Shown: positions 17,284 through 25,323 of the stretch, piece after piece
How the letters are laid out: each line of letters opens with the position of its first letter
Position numbering within the stretch: the stretch's first letter is position 1
UHGV virus genome: UHGV-0059893
Origin: a virus
Reading direction: 5' to 3' (one strand)
DNA: 39,001 nucleotides
Translations under genes and position numbers: made by a program
Notes under the pieces: model-generated
The model's input: the letters and a program-made list of their open reading frames with translations, nothing else
What the model was told of the DNA's origin: nothing
Databases searched by the model: none

Positions 17284-17453
17284 GCAGACATCTAATGCTC
17301 CATATACCAGACGGAACAAAGGCAATTGCAATTAGTATTGTTGCTGAACGAAAAGATGGTAATTTGGCGTTGACCACAAAAGGTATTGATACCAAACAGA
17401 TTTTAGAAGGCAGAGATGTCGAGATAGAGATCGATGAGGAGGAAGTGGGATGA
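17280..17453 (+). CDS. Small hypothetical protein (57 aa). It is not in the supplied ORF track.
   Basis: ATGA overlaps at both ends. Predicted sequence: MSRHLMLHIPDGTKAIAISIVAERKDGNLALTTKGIDTKQILEGRDVEIEIDEEEVG. Confidence 0.4.
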   Translation: MSRHLMLHIPDGTKAIAISIVAERKDGNLALTTKGIDTKQILEGRDVEIEIDEEEVG

Positions 17454-17647
17454 AAGCATACACAATCAAGTTTTATGGAAATAAAACCTATGTATACATC
17501 CTAAGCGGTCTCAGACTTGATTTTAGAGGCTATTCAAAAGAAGACCTTTTAGAATCCTTATATGGTTACGGATATTTAAATGAAGATGAACTAATAAGCT
17601 TAGAGAAATTTACAAATGCTTGGACGATTGAGGAGGAAGCGGAATGA
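17450..17647 (+). CDS. Hypothetical small protein.
   Basis: RBS GAGGAGGAAGTGGGATG. ATGA overlap. Confidence 0.5.
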   Translation: MKAYTIKFYGNKTYVYILSGLRLDFRGYSKEDLLESLYGYGYLNEDELISLEKFTNAWTIEEEAE

Positions 17648-17850
17648 AGATTTATGTAGTAAAGTTTGGAAATCAATTTTACAGAAGTGATGAACGTTCT
17701 ATAGGCAATAATGTGTTATTCCTTGTAGATTTTCTTCAAAACGCGAGATGGTTTGATAACCTCGAAGAAGCTAACCAAGTTTCACGACGACTTGGTGGAT
17801 TAACGCAAGTATATGAACTGGTCACTGTCGATCATGAGGAGGTAGAGTAA
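17644..17850 (+). CDS. Hypothetical small protein.
   Basis: RBS GAGGAGGAAGCGGAATG. ATGA overlap. Confidence 0.5.
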   Translation: MKIYVVKFGNQFYRSDERSIGNNVLFLVDFLQNARWFDNLEEANQVSRRLGGLTQVYELVTVDHEEVE

Positions 17851-18146
17851 TGAAACTAAAAGACGGATTTTACGCTAGCAGTCACGGTATCGGCGGTTTA
17901 ATGCTAGATATGCCGACAAAGAATCCTAAAACACGTAAGAAACCAAAATTCAAAGTCGGTGACATGGTTCGCTGCGAAGCAGAAGGGTTCATCTATCCGT
18001 TTCGTGGATATGTAGAGCATCTCTATAATCACTCAGCGATCATTCGTATTGAAAACACGATGGAATGTGATAAGTGGTTAGCGAAAAGCAAAGAGAATTT
18101 AGCTGTAGCGAGATTGGTGGATATGGAACTAATCAATGACAAATAA
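17850..18146 (+). CDS. Hypothetical protein.
   Basis: RBS GAGGAGGTAGAGTAATG. TAATG overlap. Confidence 0.55.
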   Translation: MKLKDGFYASSHGIGGLMLDMPTKNPKTRKKPKFKVGDMVRCEAEGFIYPFRGYVEHLYNHSAIIRIENTMECDKWLAKSKENLAVARLVDMELINDK

Positions 18147-18218
18147 AAAAGCCGGATCGCTCCGACTGATTCAATAAATCCAACACATTTATTATATCAC
18201 ATAAAGGAGCGGTTTGAC

Positions 18219-18635
18219 TTGATGCAATTGTTACGAGAGGTAGATTTCAAACAGACAAGATGTAATGCGAGAGATGTGCTGAAGAACTTTCGGCGTTTGG
18301 AGCGGATGGCAGGTCGCTCTTTGATAGATATTAAGTCGCCGATTATTACGGATATGCCGAAGGCGCCGAAGCACGGCAATAAGGCAGAAGACGCAATCAT
18401 TCAGATGATGGATATAGAAGCTGAAAGAGATGCGATTCTAGTGGCTTTGATGGCTCTTAGTCTGATTAGTCGTCAGATACTCTACTACAGCTTCTGTGTG
18501 CCAGATAGCTTCTCAAACTACAGGATTAGCCGTGAAGTGGGTTATTCAGAAAGAAGCATACAAAGGATGAAGTCGGAAGCTCTGATAGAGTTTGCAGAAG
18601 CGTATAGACATGGGAAAATAATTGCTTACAAATAA
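18219..18635 (+). CDS. ArpU-family phage late transcriptional regulator.
   Basis: RBS AAAGGAG. ATG is at 18222 (the track starts at TTG 18219). Size is ~138 aa. It is positioned immediately upstream of the packaging module. Its sequence resembles ArpU-family activators (sigma region-4-like C-terminus ERSIQRMKSEALIEFAEAY). Confidence 0.75.
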   Translation: MMQLLREVDFKQTRCNARDVLKNFRRLERMAGRSLIDIKSPIITDMPKAPKHGNKAEDAIIQMMDIEAERDAILVALMALSLISRQILYYSFCVPDSFSNYRISREVGYSERSIQRMKSEALIEFAEAYRHGKIIAYK

Positions 18636-18919
18636 TTTGGCGGTTTTTTGGCGGAATGATGGCGTTTTTTAGCCATTTACCAGTGTTATTATGATAGTGT
18701 CGAAAGATTAGGGAACAGGACTTCGACAAAATAAAATGTAAGTGAGGAAATCTCCCTCATCGTTTAATTAAGCTTCGATAGACAGCAGCAAATAAGCTAA
18801 AGGATGTGGGGTTCAGCTCCTACAGTTAGTTCATGTGTTGCTGTCTATTAATTGCAACTCTTTCGGTTTTATTGAGTATTTACTCAACTTAAAAAAACTG
18901 TTGTTTGTAGATGTAAGCT

Positions 18920-18953
18920 GTGCCTATTTATACATAGTAAAAAATGATATAAT
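18920..18953 (+). promoter_or_regulatory. Promoter with a perfect extended -10 (TGATATAAT at 18945-18953). It drives the AT-rich moron gene.
   Basis: TGnTATAAT was read directly. The -35 region is weak (TATTTA with 17-bp spacing). RBS AAAGGGGTGA and ATG 18982 lie downstream. Confidence 0.6.
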
Positions 18954-18981
18954 AAAAATATTACGAAAGGGGTGAGAGTGC

Positions 18982-19356
18982 ATGGAAGACAAAATGTATT
19001 TAAGACAAAATGTTTTCACAAAAAAAGATATTGAAAATCAAATTAATGGATTTATACAGAAATTAGAAAATGCAAATTCTTATTTGATAAATAAGGAACT
19101 AAATAAAGCTTATGACCAGTGGAAAGAAGTATATGATGAGTTGAAATTGATTCGAAATGAAACAAAATTAGTACGAACGGAGAAAAAGAATGAAAATAGT
19201 TTCTTTTTTGATGGATATGCTATATTGATGTTGGAAACTGTAGCAAAACAAAATATAAAAGCTCCCAAAAAAGAACTATCTGACAATATTGATAACGCAT
19301 TAGCCGAGTTAAGGTATTACGTTATGCAAATAAAAGATGTTAGGATCACTCGTTGA
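18982..19356 (+). CDS. Hypothetical 124-aa helical protein (moron). It is AT-rich, autonomously transcribed, and of unknown function.
   Basis: It has its own extended -10 promoter and its own intrinsic terminator that overlaps the stop codon. Its composition differs from its neighbours. Confidence 0.6.
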   Translation: MEDKMYLRQNVFTKKDIENQINGFIQKLENANSYLINKELNKAYDQWKEVYDELKLIRNETKLVRTEKKNENSFFFDGYAILMLETVAKQNIKAPKKELSDNIDNALAELRYYVMQIKDVRITR

Positions 19357-19372
19357 GTGGTCTTTTTATTTT
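19344..19372 (+). terminator. Intrinsic terminator: GATCACTC-gtt-GAGTGGTC followed by TTTTTATTTT.
   Basis: 8-bp stem with one G-U pair, a 3-nt loop and a U-run, read directly. Confidence 0.7.
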
Positions 19373-19392
19373 ACATAAAGGAGGTAACAACA

Positions 19393-19560
19393 ATGTATAG
19401 ACCACAATACTTAGAACAGAAGTATGAAGTAATCACTGTGCAAAATGGTAACGGTGAGATAGTACGAAAGTATAGAAGACCAATAAAGAGCGATACATAT
19501 AAACGAAAGGAAAACAACGAAGTTATTCCATTGTATGGCAAAAGAATAGCTAAACATTAA
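19393..19560 (+). CDS. Small basic hypothetical protein (55 aa).
   Basis: Strong RBS AAAGGAGGTAACAACAATG. I place the start at Met-13 of the track ORF. Confidence 0.5.
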   Translation: MYRPQYLEQKYEVITVQNGNGEIVRKYRRPIKSDTYKRKENNEVIPLYGKRIAKH

Positions 19561-19585
19561 ATAAGATTGCAAAAGGAGACGGAAC

Positions 19586-19930
19586 ATGACCGAGGAATTC
19601 TATAGATGGCTATTACAGTTGATAAGAGAAGATCGTTTGGTTAAGTTCTATCAGTCTCCTAAATGGCGCAGGCTTAGAGAGAAAGCGATGAAACGAGATC
19701 ACTATGAATGCCAAGAGTGTAGAAGACTAGGTAAGTATCATAAAGTAGAGAACGTTCATCATATAAAGGAAGTCAAGGATAGACCTGACTTAGCTTTAGA
19801 TTTAGATAATCTTATTTGTTTATGTGTTGAACATCATAATGAAGTTCATGGCAGATATCTTACAGCATTGGATAAACAAGAGAAGAAGATAGAAAGCTTT
19901 GCTAACTTCGATGCAAGTGAAAGGTGGTAA
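19586..19930 (+). CDS. HNH endonuclease, terminase-associated and HK97 gp74-like.
   Basis: RBS AAAAGGAGACGGAACATG. HNH motif HYECQECRR...HHIKEV...NLICLCVEHHNEVH. Located directly upstream of the terminase small-subunit gene. Confidence 0.85.
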   Translation: MTEEFYRWLLQLIREDRLVKFYQSPKWRRLREKAMKRDHYECQECRRLGKYHKVENVHHIKEVKDRPDLALDLDNLICLCVEHHNEVHGRYLTALDKQEKKIESFANFDASERW

Positions 19931-19934
19931 GTGC

Positions 19935-20216
19935 ATGGTCATCAATGACAATGGCAGAGAGTATGACACAGAGAAGATTGAAGAGTATTCATCTTATACT
20001 CAGGGATTAATTAAACGTTTGATATACGTTCGCTATGTAGGCATCAGAGATCTGTTATCAGATAACTGCTGTAGCAAATACAAAGTGAATCAAGTAAGAG
20101 AAGCGTTGAATAAAGATAATAACGTTGAAAGAATAAAAAATGTTTTTGGATATAGCATTGAAGAGATTAATTACTACATTGACTTCGCTGAAGCTTTCAT
20201 TCCGATGGTGAGATAA
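19935..20216 (+). CDS. Hypothetical protein.
   Basis: RBS AAGGTGGTAAGTGCATG. I place the start at the internal Met of the track ORF. Confidence 0.5.
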   Translation: MVINDNGREYDTEKIEEYSSYTQGLIKRLIYVRYVGIRDLLSDNCCSKYKVNQVREALNKDNNVERIKNVFGYSIEEINYYIDFAEAFIPMVR

Positions 20217-20300
20217 CCCCCCCCCTTAAAATAAATCGCAAATTTTTTGGGGGTGATGAAACGGAGGGGGCTGTCAGGAAAAGAGATTTTTTCGAACTTT
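20217..20300. other. Candidate cos / terminase-recognition region. It has a C9 tract (20217-20225) and two G5 tracts (20249-20253 and 20266-20270) with imperfect dyad symmetry in AT-rich DNA.
   Basis: Homopolymer tracts read directly. Location between the HNH gene and terS, as in HK97-like cos phages. Confidence 0.35.
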
Positions 20301-20320
20301 ATCATGAAAGGAGGGCTAAG

Positions 20321-20635
20321 ATGTTTAAAAACGAATTGTCTCAAAATCGCTACAGAGAAAAATTACGCCGCTCTTTAATAAGCCAATTGGAAAGTCAGAA
20401 AACAAATATTGAGCCATTCTTAGATAATGTTGATCGTTATATCAGTTTATGGGAAACGGCGATATCACTGGAAGAAGATATATCCGAGAACGGTATTAGA
20501 TTGGAGAATGGTAAAAAGAATGAATCAGTAGCGTTGCTTGTTTCTGTCAACAAACAAATGGGATTGATGTTGGATAAACTTGCCATTACTCCTGAATTGG
20601 TAGGTGAAGCAAATGAATCAATTCCTGAGTTATAA
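20321..20635 (+). CDS. terS: Terminase small subunit (P27 family-like).
   Basis: RBS AAAGGAGGG. 104 aa. Located immediately upstream of, and overlapping, the large terminase gene. Confidence 0.75.
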   Translation: MFKNELSQNRYREKLRRSLISQLESQKTNIEPFLDNVDRYISLWETAISLEEDISENGIRLENGKKNESVALLVSVNKQMGLMLDKLAITPELVGEANESIPEL

Positions 20636-22307
20636 GCATATTGAAAATTGGTTCAAAGCTATAGAAGAAGGCACTATCAAGGTATGCAAAGAACAATTAT
20701 TGCTAAAAAAGTATCTAGAAGAAAGAGTCTTTACTAGAGAAGATATTTACTTCGATATGCAAATGGTAGAGGATTCAATCAATATACCAGCACAATACTT
20801 TCCATTTGAATTAATTCCGTGGGAAAAATTTCTACAATGTTTTATTTATGGATTCCGATGGAAAAAAGATAAAACGCTAGTGTTCAATAGATATCTTTCA
20901 TTAATGGGACGTGGTAATGGTAAAACTGGCTTTGCTTCTTGGAACAATTTTTTCTTGCTGACTGCAAAACACGGTATTAAAAATTATGATATTGATATTT
21001 ATGCCAATAACGAAAGCCAAGCAAAGACTAGTTTTGATGATGTATTTAAAGTAATTAAAGATCATCCTGATTTAGATAAAAAAGTATTTAAAGCTACGAA
21101 GGAAGTTATTCAAAATATCGCTACAAATAGCAAACTTCGTTATAACACGGCAAACGCTAGAACAAAAGACGGGAAGCGACCAGGTGCAAACCGCTTTGAT
21201 GAAATTCACGAAAATGAAGATTATTCAATGATAAATGTGGCTACTTCTGGTGGTGGTAAAATTCGAGATTATAGAGAATTTTATGATACAACTAATGGTC
21301 ATGTTCGTGGTGGTCCGCTTGATGACATTATAGAAGAATCAAAAATGATTCTTTCTGGAGAACTTGGAATTGACAAGGATGGAGCAGAATTTTCTAGTTT
21401 GTTTCCATTTATTTGTCGCTTGGATAACGATAATGAAGTTGATGATCCTGACATGTGGGAAAAAGCTTGTCCAACTATTAATTACAATGCAGATCTAAAA
21501 CGGAAAATGTTTCAAGAATACTCTCAAATGCAACGTAATGCTGGTTTAAGACTTACGTTCATGACAAAACGAATGAACAGACCGATGGAAGACACACGCT
21601 TTGCTGTAGCTTCATATGATGATGTTCTGCATACGAAAGAAAAAGAATTTCCTGAAAAAATGGATGAAGTGATAGGAACAGTCGATTTTGCTGATAGACG
21701 AGATTTTGCCAGCGTTGGGTTGCTAGGAAAATATGATAAAGATGTGTATTTTACACAACATACTTTTATCCACGAATCAGCCCTTCGATTACAAAACATC
21801 AAACGAGAGGTTGTAGATATTTCTATAGATCAAGGTAAATCACAGATCGTTCATGGGAAAAATATAGAAGCAGATTATATCGTAGGTTGGTTTCTTGAAA
21901 TGAGTAACAAATATTACATTAAAAAAATTGCTATGGATATGTACCGTGCAAAAATATTGAAGCCCGCTTTAGAAGAAGCGGGTTTTACTGTGGAAATTGT
22001 TCGAAGCGGATCTGTTACACATGGTATGTTAAAAGATCTGGTTGATGACCTTTTTATTAATCAACGTTTATATTTTGGTGACGATGCGATTATGCGTTGG
22101 TATTGCATGAATGTATATGAAGAGCATATTTCTAATGGAAATATACGCTATGAAAAAATAGAACCTGAAACTAGAAAAACGGATGGCTTTTTTTCATTCC
22201 TTCATGGTTTGAATTTTTTAGATGATATTTATGATTCTGCTCCTGTAACAGTCACAAATAGTTTAGCAGAAAATACAGGAACTGGATTTACTCCTCTAGT
22301 ATTCTAA
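20604..22307 (+). CDS. terL: Terminase large subunit.
   Basis: 567 aa. Walker A-like LMGRGNGKTGFAS. C-terminal nuclease-like region. Conserved position. Confidence 0.9.
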   Translation: MKQMNQFLSYKHIENWFKAIEEGTIKVCKEQLLLKKYLEERVFTREDIYFDMQMVEDSINIPAQYFPFELIPWEKFLQCFIYGFRWKKDKTLVFNRYLSLMGRGNGKTGFASWNNFFLLTAKHGIKNYDIDIYANNESQAKTSFDDVFKVIKDHPDLDKKVFKATKEVIQNIATNSKLRYNTANARTKDGKRPGANRFDEIHENEDYSMINVATSGGGKIRDYREFYDTTNGHVRGGPLDDIIEESKMILSGELGIDKDGAEFSSLFPFICRLDNDNEVDDPDMWEKACPTINYNADLKRKMFQEYSQMQRNAGLRLTFMTKRMNRPMEDTRFAVASYDDVLHTKEKEFPEKMDEVIGTVDFADRRDFASVGLLGKYDKDVYFTQHTFIHESALRLQNIKREVVDISIDQGKSQIVHGKNIEADYIVGWFLEMSNKYYIKKIAMDMYRAKILKPALEEAGFTVEIVRSGSVTHGMLKDLVDDLFINQRLYFGDDAIMRWYCMNVYEEHISNGNIRYEKIEPETRKTDGFFSFLHGLNFLDDIYDSAPVTVTNSLAENTGTGFTPLVF

Positions 22308-22326
22308 CTTGAAAGGAGGTGAGAAA

Positions 22327-23505
22327 GTGGGGATTTTTCAAAAGGCGGTAGGATACTTCACAAAAAAAGCAACAGTTCCTTTAGAAGAATATTTTTGTAA
22401 ATTGCAAGTTGATTTTGTGTATCGAAAATTTGCAATTGAAACTTGTATTGATTTGATTGCAAATGCGATGAGCAAAGCGGAATTCAAGTCATATGAAGAT
22501 GGAAAAAATAAAAAGAATGATCTTTACTATAGGCTGAATGTAGCTCCTAATAAGAAAAATAATGCAACAGAATTTAGAAAAAAACTGATTAGGAGATTAA
22601 TATTCTACAATGAAGTATTGATCGTTTCTCCATCTGATAATTCTAGCGAAATATTTATTGCGGATAGTTGGGATGTCACAGAATATGCATTGAAAGATGA
22701 TGTGTTTTCTCAAGTGCAAATTAACAATATAGTCCTTGATAGAGAATTTCTAGAAAGTGATGTTATCTATATAAAATACGCAGATCAACAAATTAGGCAA
22801 CTAGTCGATGCGTATTATCAAGCGTATGGGAAACTCATTTCTAGTGCCATGAATGTTTACAAGCGTTCTAACGCTCGTAGATACGTACTGAAAGGGAATT
22901 TATTCCGATCGCAAGACAATACAACACAAGATCAAATCAATAAAATGATGACATCACAATTTAAGGCTTTTATGGAAGCTGATAATGCAGGTGCGGTATT
23001 TCAATTACAAAATGAGTACACATTAGAAGATTTCAGCGGAAACTTTCAAAGCAATTCAAGAGATATAAAAAACTTAATAGACGACATCTTTGAGATGACA
23101 GCAGCAGCGTTTCACGTTCCGAAAAACCTACTAAAGGGAGACATGAGTGGGTTATCGGATCAAGTGGACGCTTTTTTAATGTTCGAAATCATTCCAATTG
23201 CTGAACTTATTCAGGATGCGTTTAACGCTAGTCTTTATGAAGCAGAAGAATACTTGTCAGGGAATTTTGTACGTGTGGATACAACTATGATCAAGATTAC
23301 TAGCTTCAAAGATTTGGTTGACGCTATTGATGTAGGCATTAGAAATGGGGTATTCACAATCAACGAAGGAAGAGAACGCGTTGGAAATGATCGCTCTGAT
23401 AAAGCGATGGCAGATGAAATATTTATAACTAAAAACAATCAACAAGTATCGAAAGGAGGTGAGGCGAATGACGACAATGAAAACATTTCTAGCAGTAAAG
23501 AATGA
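22327..23505 (+). CDS. Portal protein (HK97 family-like).
   Basis: RBS GGAGGTGAGAAAGTG gives a GTG start at 22327 (the track starts at TTG 22309). ~390 aa. Located between terL and the prohead protease gene. Confidence 0.8.
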   Translation: MGIFQKAVGYFTKKATVPLEEYFCKLQVDFVYRKFAIETCIDLIANAMSKAEFKSYEDGKNKKNDLYYRLNVAPNKKNNATEFRKKLIRRLIFYNEVLIVSPSDNSSEIFIADSWDVTEYALKDDVFSQVQINNIVLDREFLESDVIYIKYADQQIRQLVDAYYQAYGKLISSAMNVYKRSNARRYVLKGNLFRSQDNTTQDQINKMMTSQFKAFMEADNAGAVFQLQNEYTLEDFSGNFQSNSRDIKNLIDDIFEMTAAAFHVPKNLLKGDMSGLSDQVDAFLMFEIIPIAELIQDAFNASLYEAEEYLSGNFVRVDTTMIKITSFKDLVDAIDVGIRNGVFTINEGRERVGNDRSDKAMADEIFITKNNQQVSKGGEANDDNENISSSKE

Positions 23506-24154
23506 AGGCACAGTACCGCAAATTTTTATTCAGGGATTTATTGGTTCTAGTTGGTTCTTTGAAGGGAATACTGACAAGGGAATCAAAAATATTTTGGATA
23601 GTCTAGGTGATCAAGAAGAAATTGAAGTAGTGATTAATTCAAACGGTGGAGACGTATTTCAAGGGATTGCTATTGGGAACTTACTTAAGTCAAATAAAGC
23701 AAAAGTTAACGTTGTGATTAACGGCTTAGCCGCTAGTGCTGCTTCAATTATCGCAATGGCTGGCGATACTATAAAAATCTACAACAATGCACAATTGATG
23801 ATTCACCGCGCTTCCACATATGGAGAAGGAAATGTCGATGACTTCCGCACGATTGCTGATCAATTGGAATCAATTGATAAATCGGTAAAGGCTTCATATA
23901 AAACACGATTCAACGGTACAGATGAAGCATTGCAAGAACTTCTTGAAAAAGAATCGTTTATGGATGCAGAAACAGCTTTGAGTTATGGATTGGTCGATGA
24001 AATTATCGATGCAGAAAATAGCGCAGGTACTGAAGCTAATAAAGAACAAAGCGTTGAAGAAATTTTGAATGACGTTGAAGAAAAAAGAGCAGAAAAAATC
24101 GCTGCATTTACAGCAGCATTAAATAAAACATTTGGACAAGGAGATGCAAAATAA
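23468..24154 (+). CDS. ClpP-like (S14) prohead maturation protease.
   Basis: RBS GGAGGTGAGGCGAATG. Motifs VINSNGGDVFQGIAIGN, NGLAASAASIIAMAGD and MIHRAS are typical of the Clp protease fold (catalytic Ser/His). Confidence 0.85.
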   Translation: MTTMKTFLAVKNEGTVPQIFIQGFIGSSWFFEGNTDKGIKNILDSLGDQEEIEVVINSNGGDVFQGIAIGNLLKSNKAKVNVVINGLAASAASIIAMAGDTIKIYNNAQLMIHRASTYGEGNVDDFRTIADQLESIDKSVKASYKTRFNGTDEALQELLEKESFMDAETALSYGLVDEIIDAENSAGTEANKEQSVEEILNDVEEKRAEKIAAFTAALNKTFGQGDAK

Positions 24155-25314
24155 TGACAGTTAAAAATTTAAAAGGTGTAACAGCTGCAAGCGACCAATT
24201 GATGAAAGCTTTTAAAGATGGTAACGAAGAATCTTTTAGCGCAGCTATGGTAAGTTTATCTAAGGAAATTCAGGATAAAATTTTAGAAGAAGCAACAGCA
24301 AAAAATCAAGATCAATTAGTATTAATGAACCGCGGTCAGCGTGTATTAACTACACAAGAAACAAAATTCTATAACGAAGTAGTGAAAAACGAAGGTTTTG
24401 CAGGGGTCGAAGAATTAGTGCCAGCTACTGTATTTGAACGCGTATTTGAAGACCTAGAACAATCTCATCCGCTATTGCAAAAAATTACTTTTGTTAACAC
24501 AACTGGTGTAACAGAATGGATTGTGTCACGTGGTGTCAATCCAGCATGGTGGGGTAAACTTTGCGAAGCTGTTAAAAAAGTTTTAGATAATGGCTTTGAC
24601 GTAATTAACATGAAGCAGTTCAAGCTATCAGGTTATATTCCTGTATGTAAGGCAATGCTTGACTTAGGTCCAGTATGGTTAGATCGTTATGTCCGTACTG
24701 TTTTAGTAGAATCATTGAGAATTGCATTAGAACAAGCAATTGTTGATGGTACTGGTAAAGATATGCCAGTCGGAATGATGCGTGACATGAGCAAACAAAC
24801 TAGCGGAGAATATGCTGAAAAAACAGCAGAACCTATTACAGCTTTAGATGCTGCAACTATGGGCGGTTTGATGGCACGACTATCAAAATTCAATATCGAA
24901 GGTGTAGATGATCCGATTTATCGTAATGTGAATCCTTCTGATGTGGTCCTAATTGTGAATCCAACTGATTACTGGTCTAAAGTATTCCCAGCTAAGACTG
25001 TACTAACTGCTAATGGAGAATATGTACAAGTATTGCCAGTACCAGTTTCAGACTTGCAGTCAACAGCTGTGCCAGAAGGAAAAGCAGTTATTGGGGTAGC
25101 TTCAGATTACTTTATGGGTGTAGGATCTACACTAAAAATTGAAGCTTCAGATGAATACCATTTTGTTGAAGACGAACGCATTTATCTAGCTAAACAATAT
25201 GCAAACGGTCAACCTAAACGTAACGATAGTTTCATTGTATTAGATATTAGCGCTTTGGGAACTACTACTACAACTACAAAACCAACAACCACAACAACTA
25301 CAACACAAGCGTAG
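24154..25314 (+). CDS. Major capsid protein (HK97 fold, with an N-terminal scaffolding/delta-like coiled coil). It carries an unusual C-terminal tail TTTTTTKPTTTTTTTQA.
   Basis: ATGA overlap with the protease gene. 386 aa. Position and size. Poly-Thr C-terminus read directly (25258-25311). Confidence 0.85.
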   Translation: MTVKNLKGVTAASDQLMKAFKDGNEESFSAAMVSLSKEIQDKILEEATAKNQDQLVLMNRGQRVLTTQETKFYNEVVKNEGFAGVEELVPATVFERVFEDLEQSHPLLQKITFVNTTGVTEWIVSRGVNPAWWGKLCEAVKKVLDNGFDVINMKQFKLSGYIPVCKAMLDLGPVWLDRYVRTVLVESLRIALEQAIVDGTGKDMPVGMMRDMSKQTSGEYAEKTAEPITALDAATMGGLMARLSKFNIEGVDDPIYRNVNPSDVVLIVNPTDYWSKVFPAKTVLTANGEYVQVLPVPVSDLQSTAVPEGKAVIGVASDYFMGVGSTLKIEASDEYHFVEDERIYLAKQYANGQPKRNDSFIVLDISALGTTTTTTKPTTTTTTTQA

Positions 25315-25323
25315 GTGATCAGA

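Noticed and set aside
18636-18700. Possible terminator after the ArpU gene (GGCGGTTTTTTGGCGG, ATGGCGTTTTTTAGCCAT).
   Set aside because: The T-runs are present but the preceding stems are only 4-5 bp. I am not confident enough to annotate it as a terminator.
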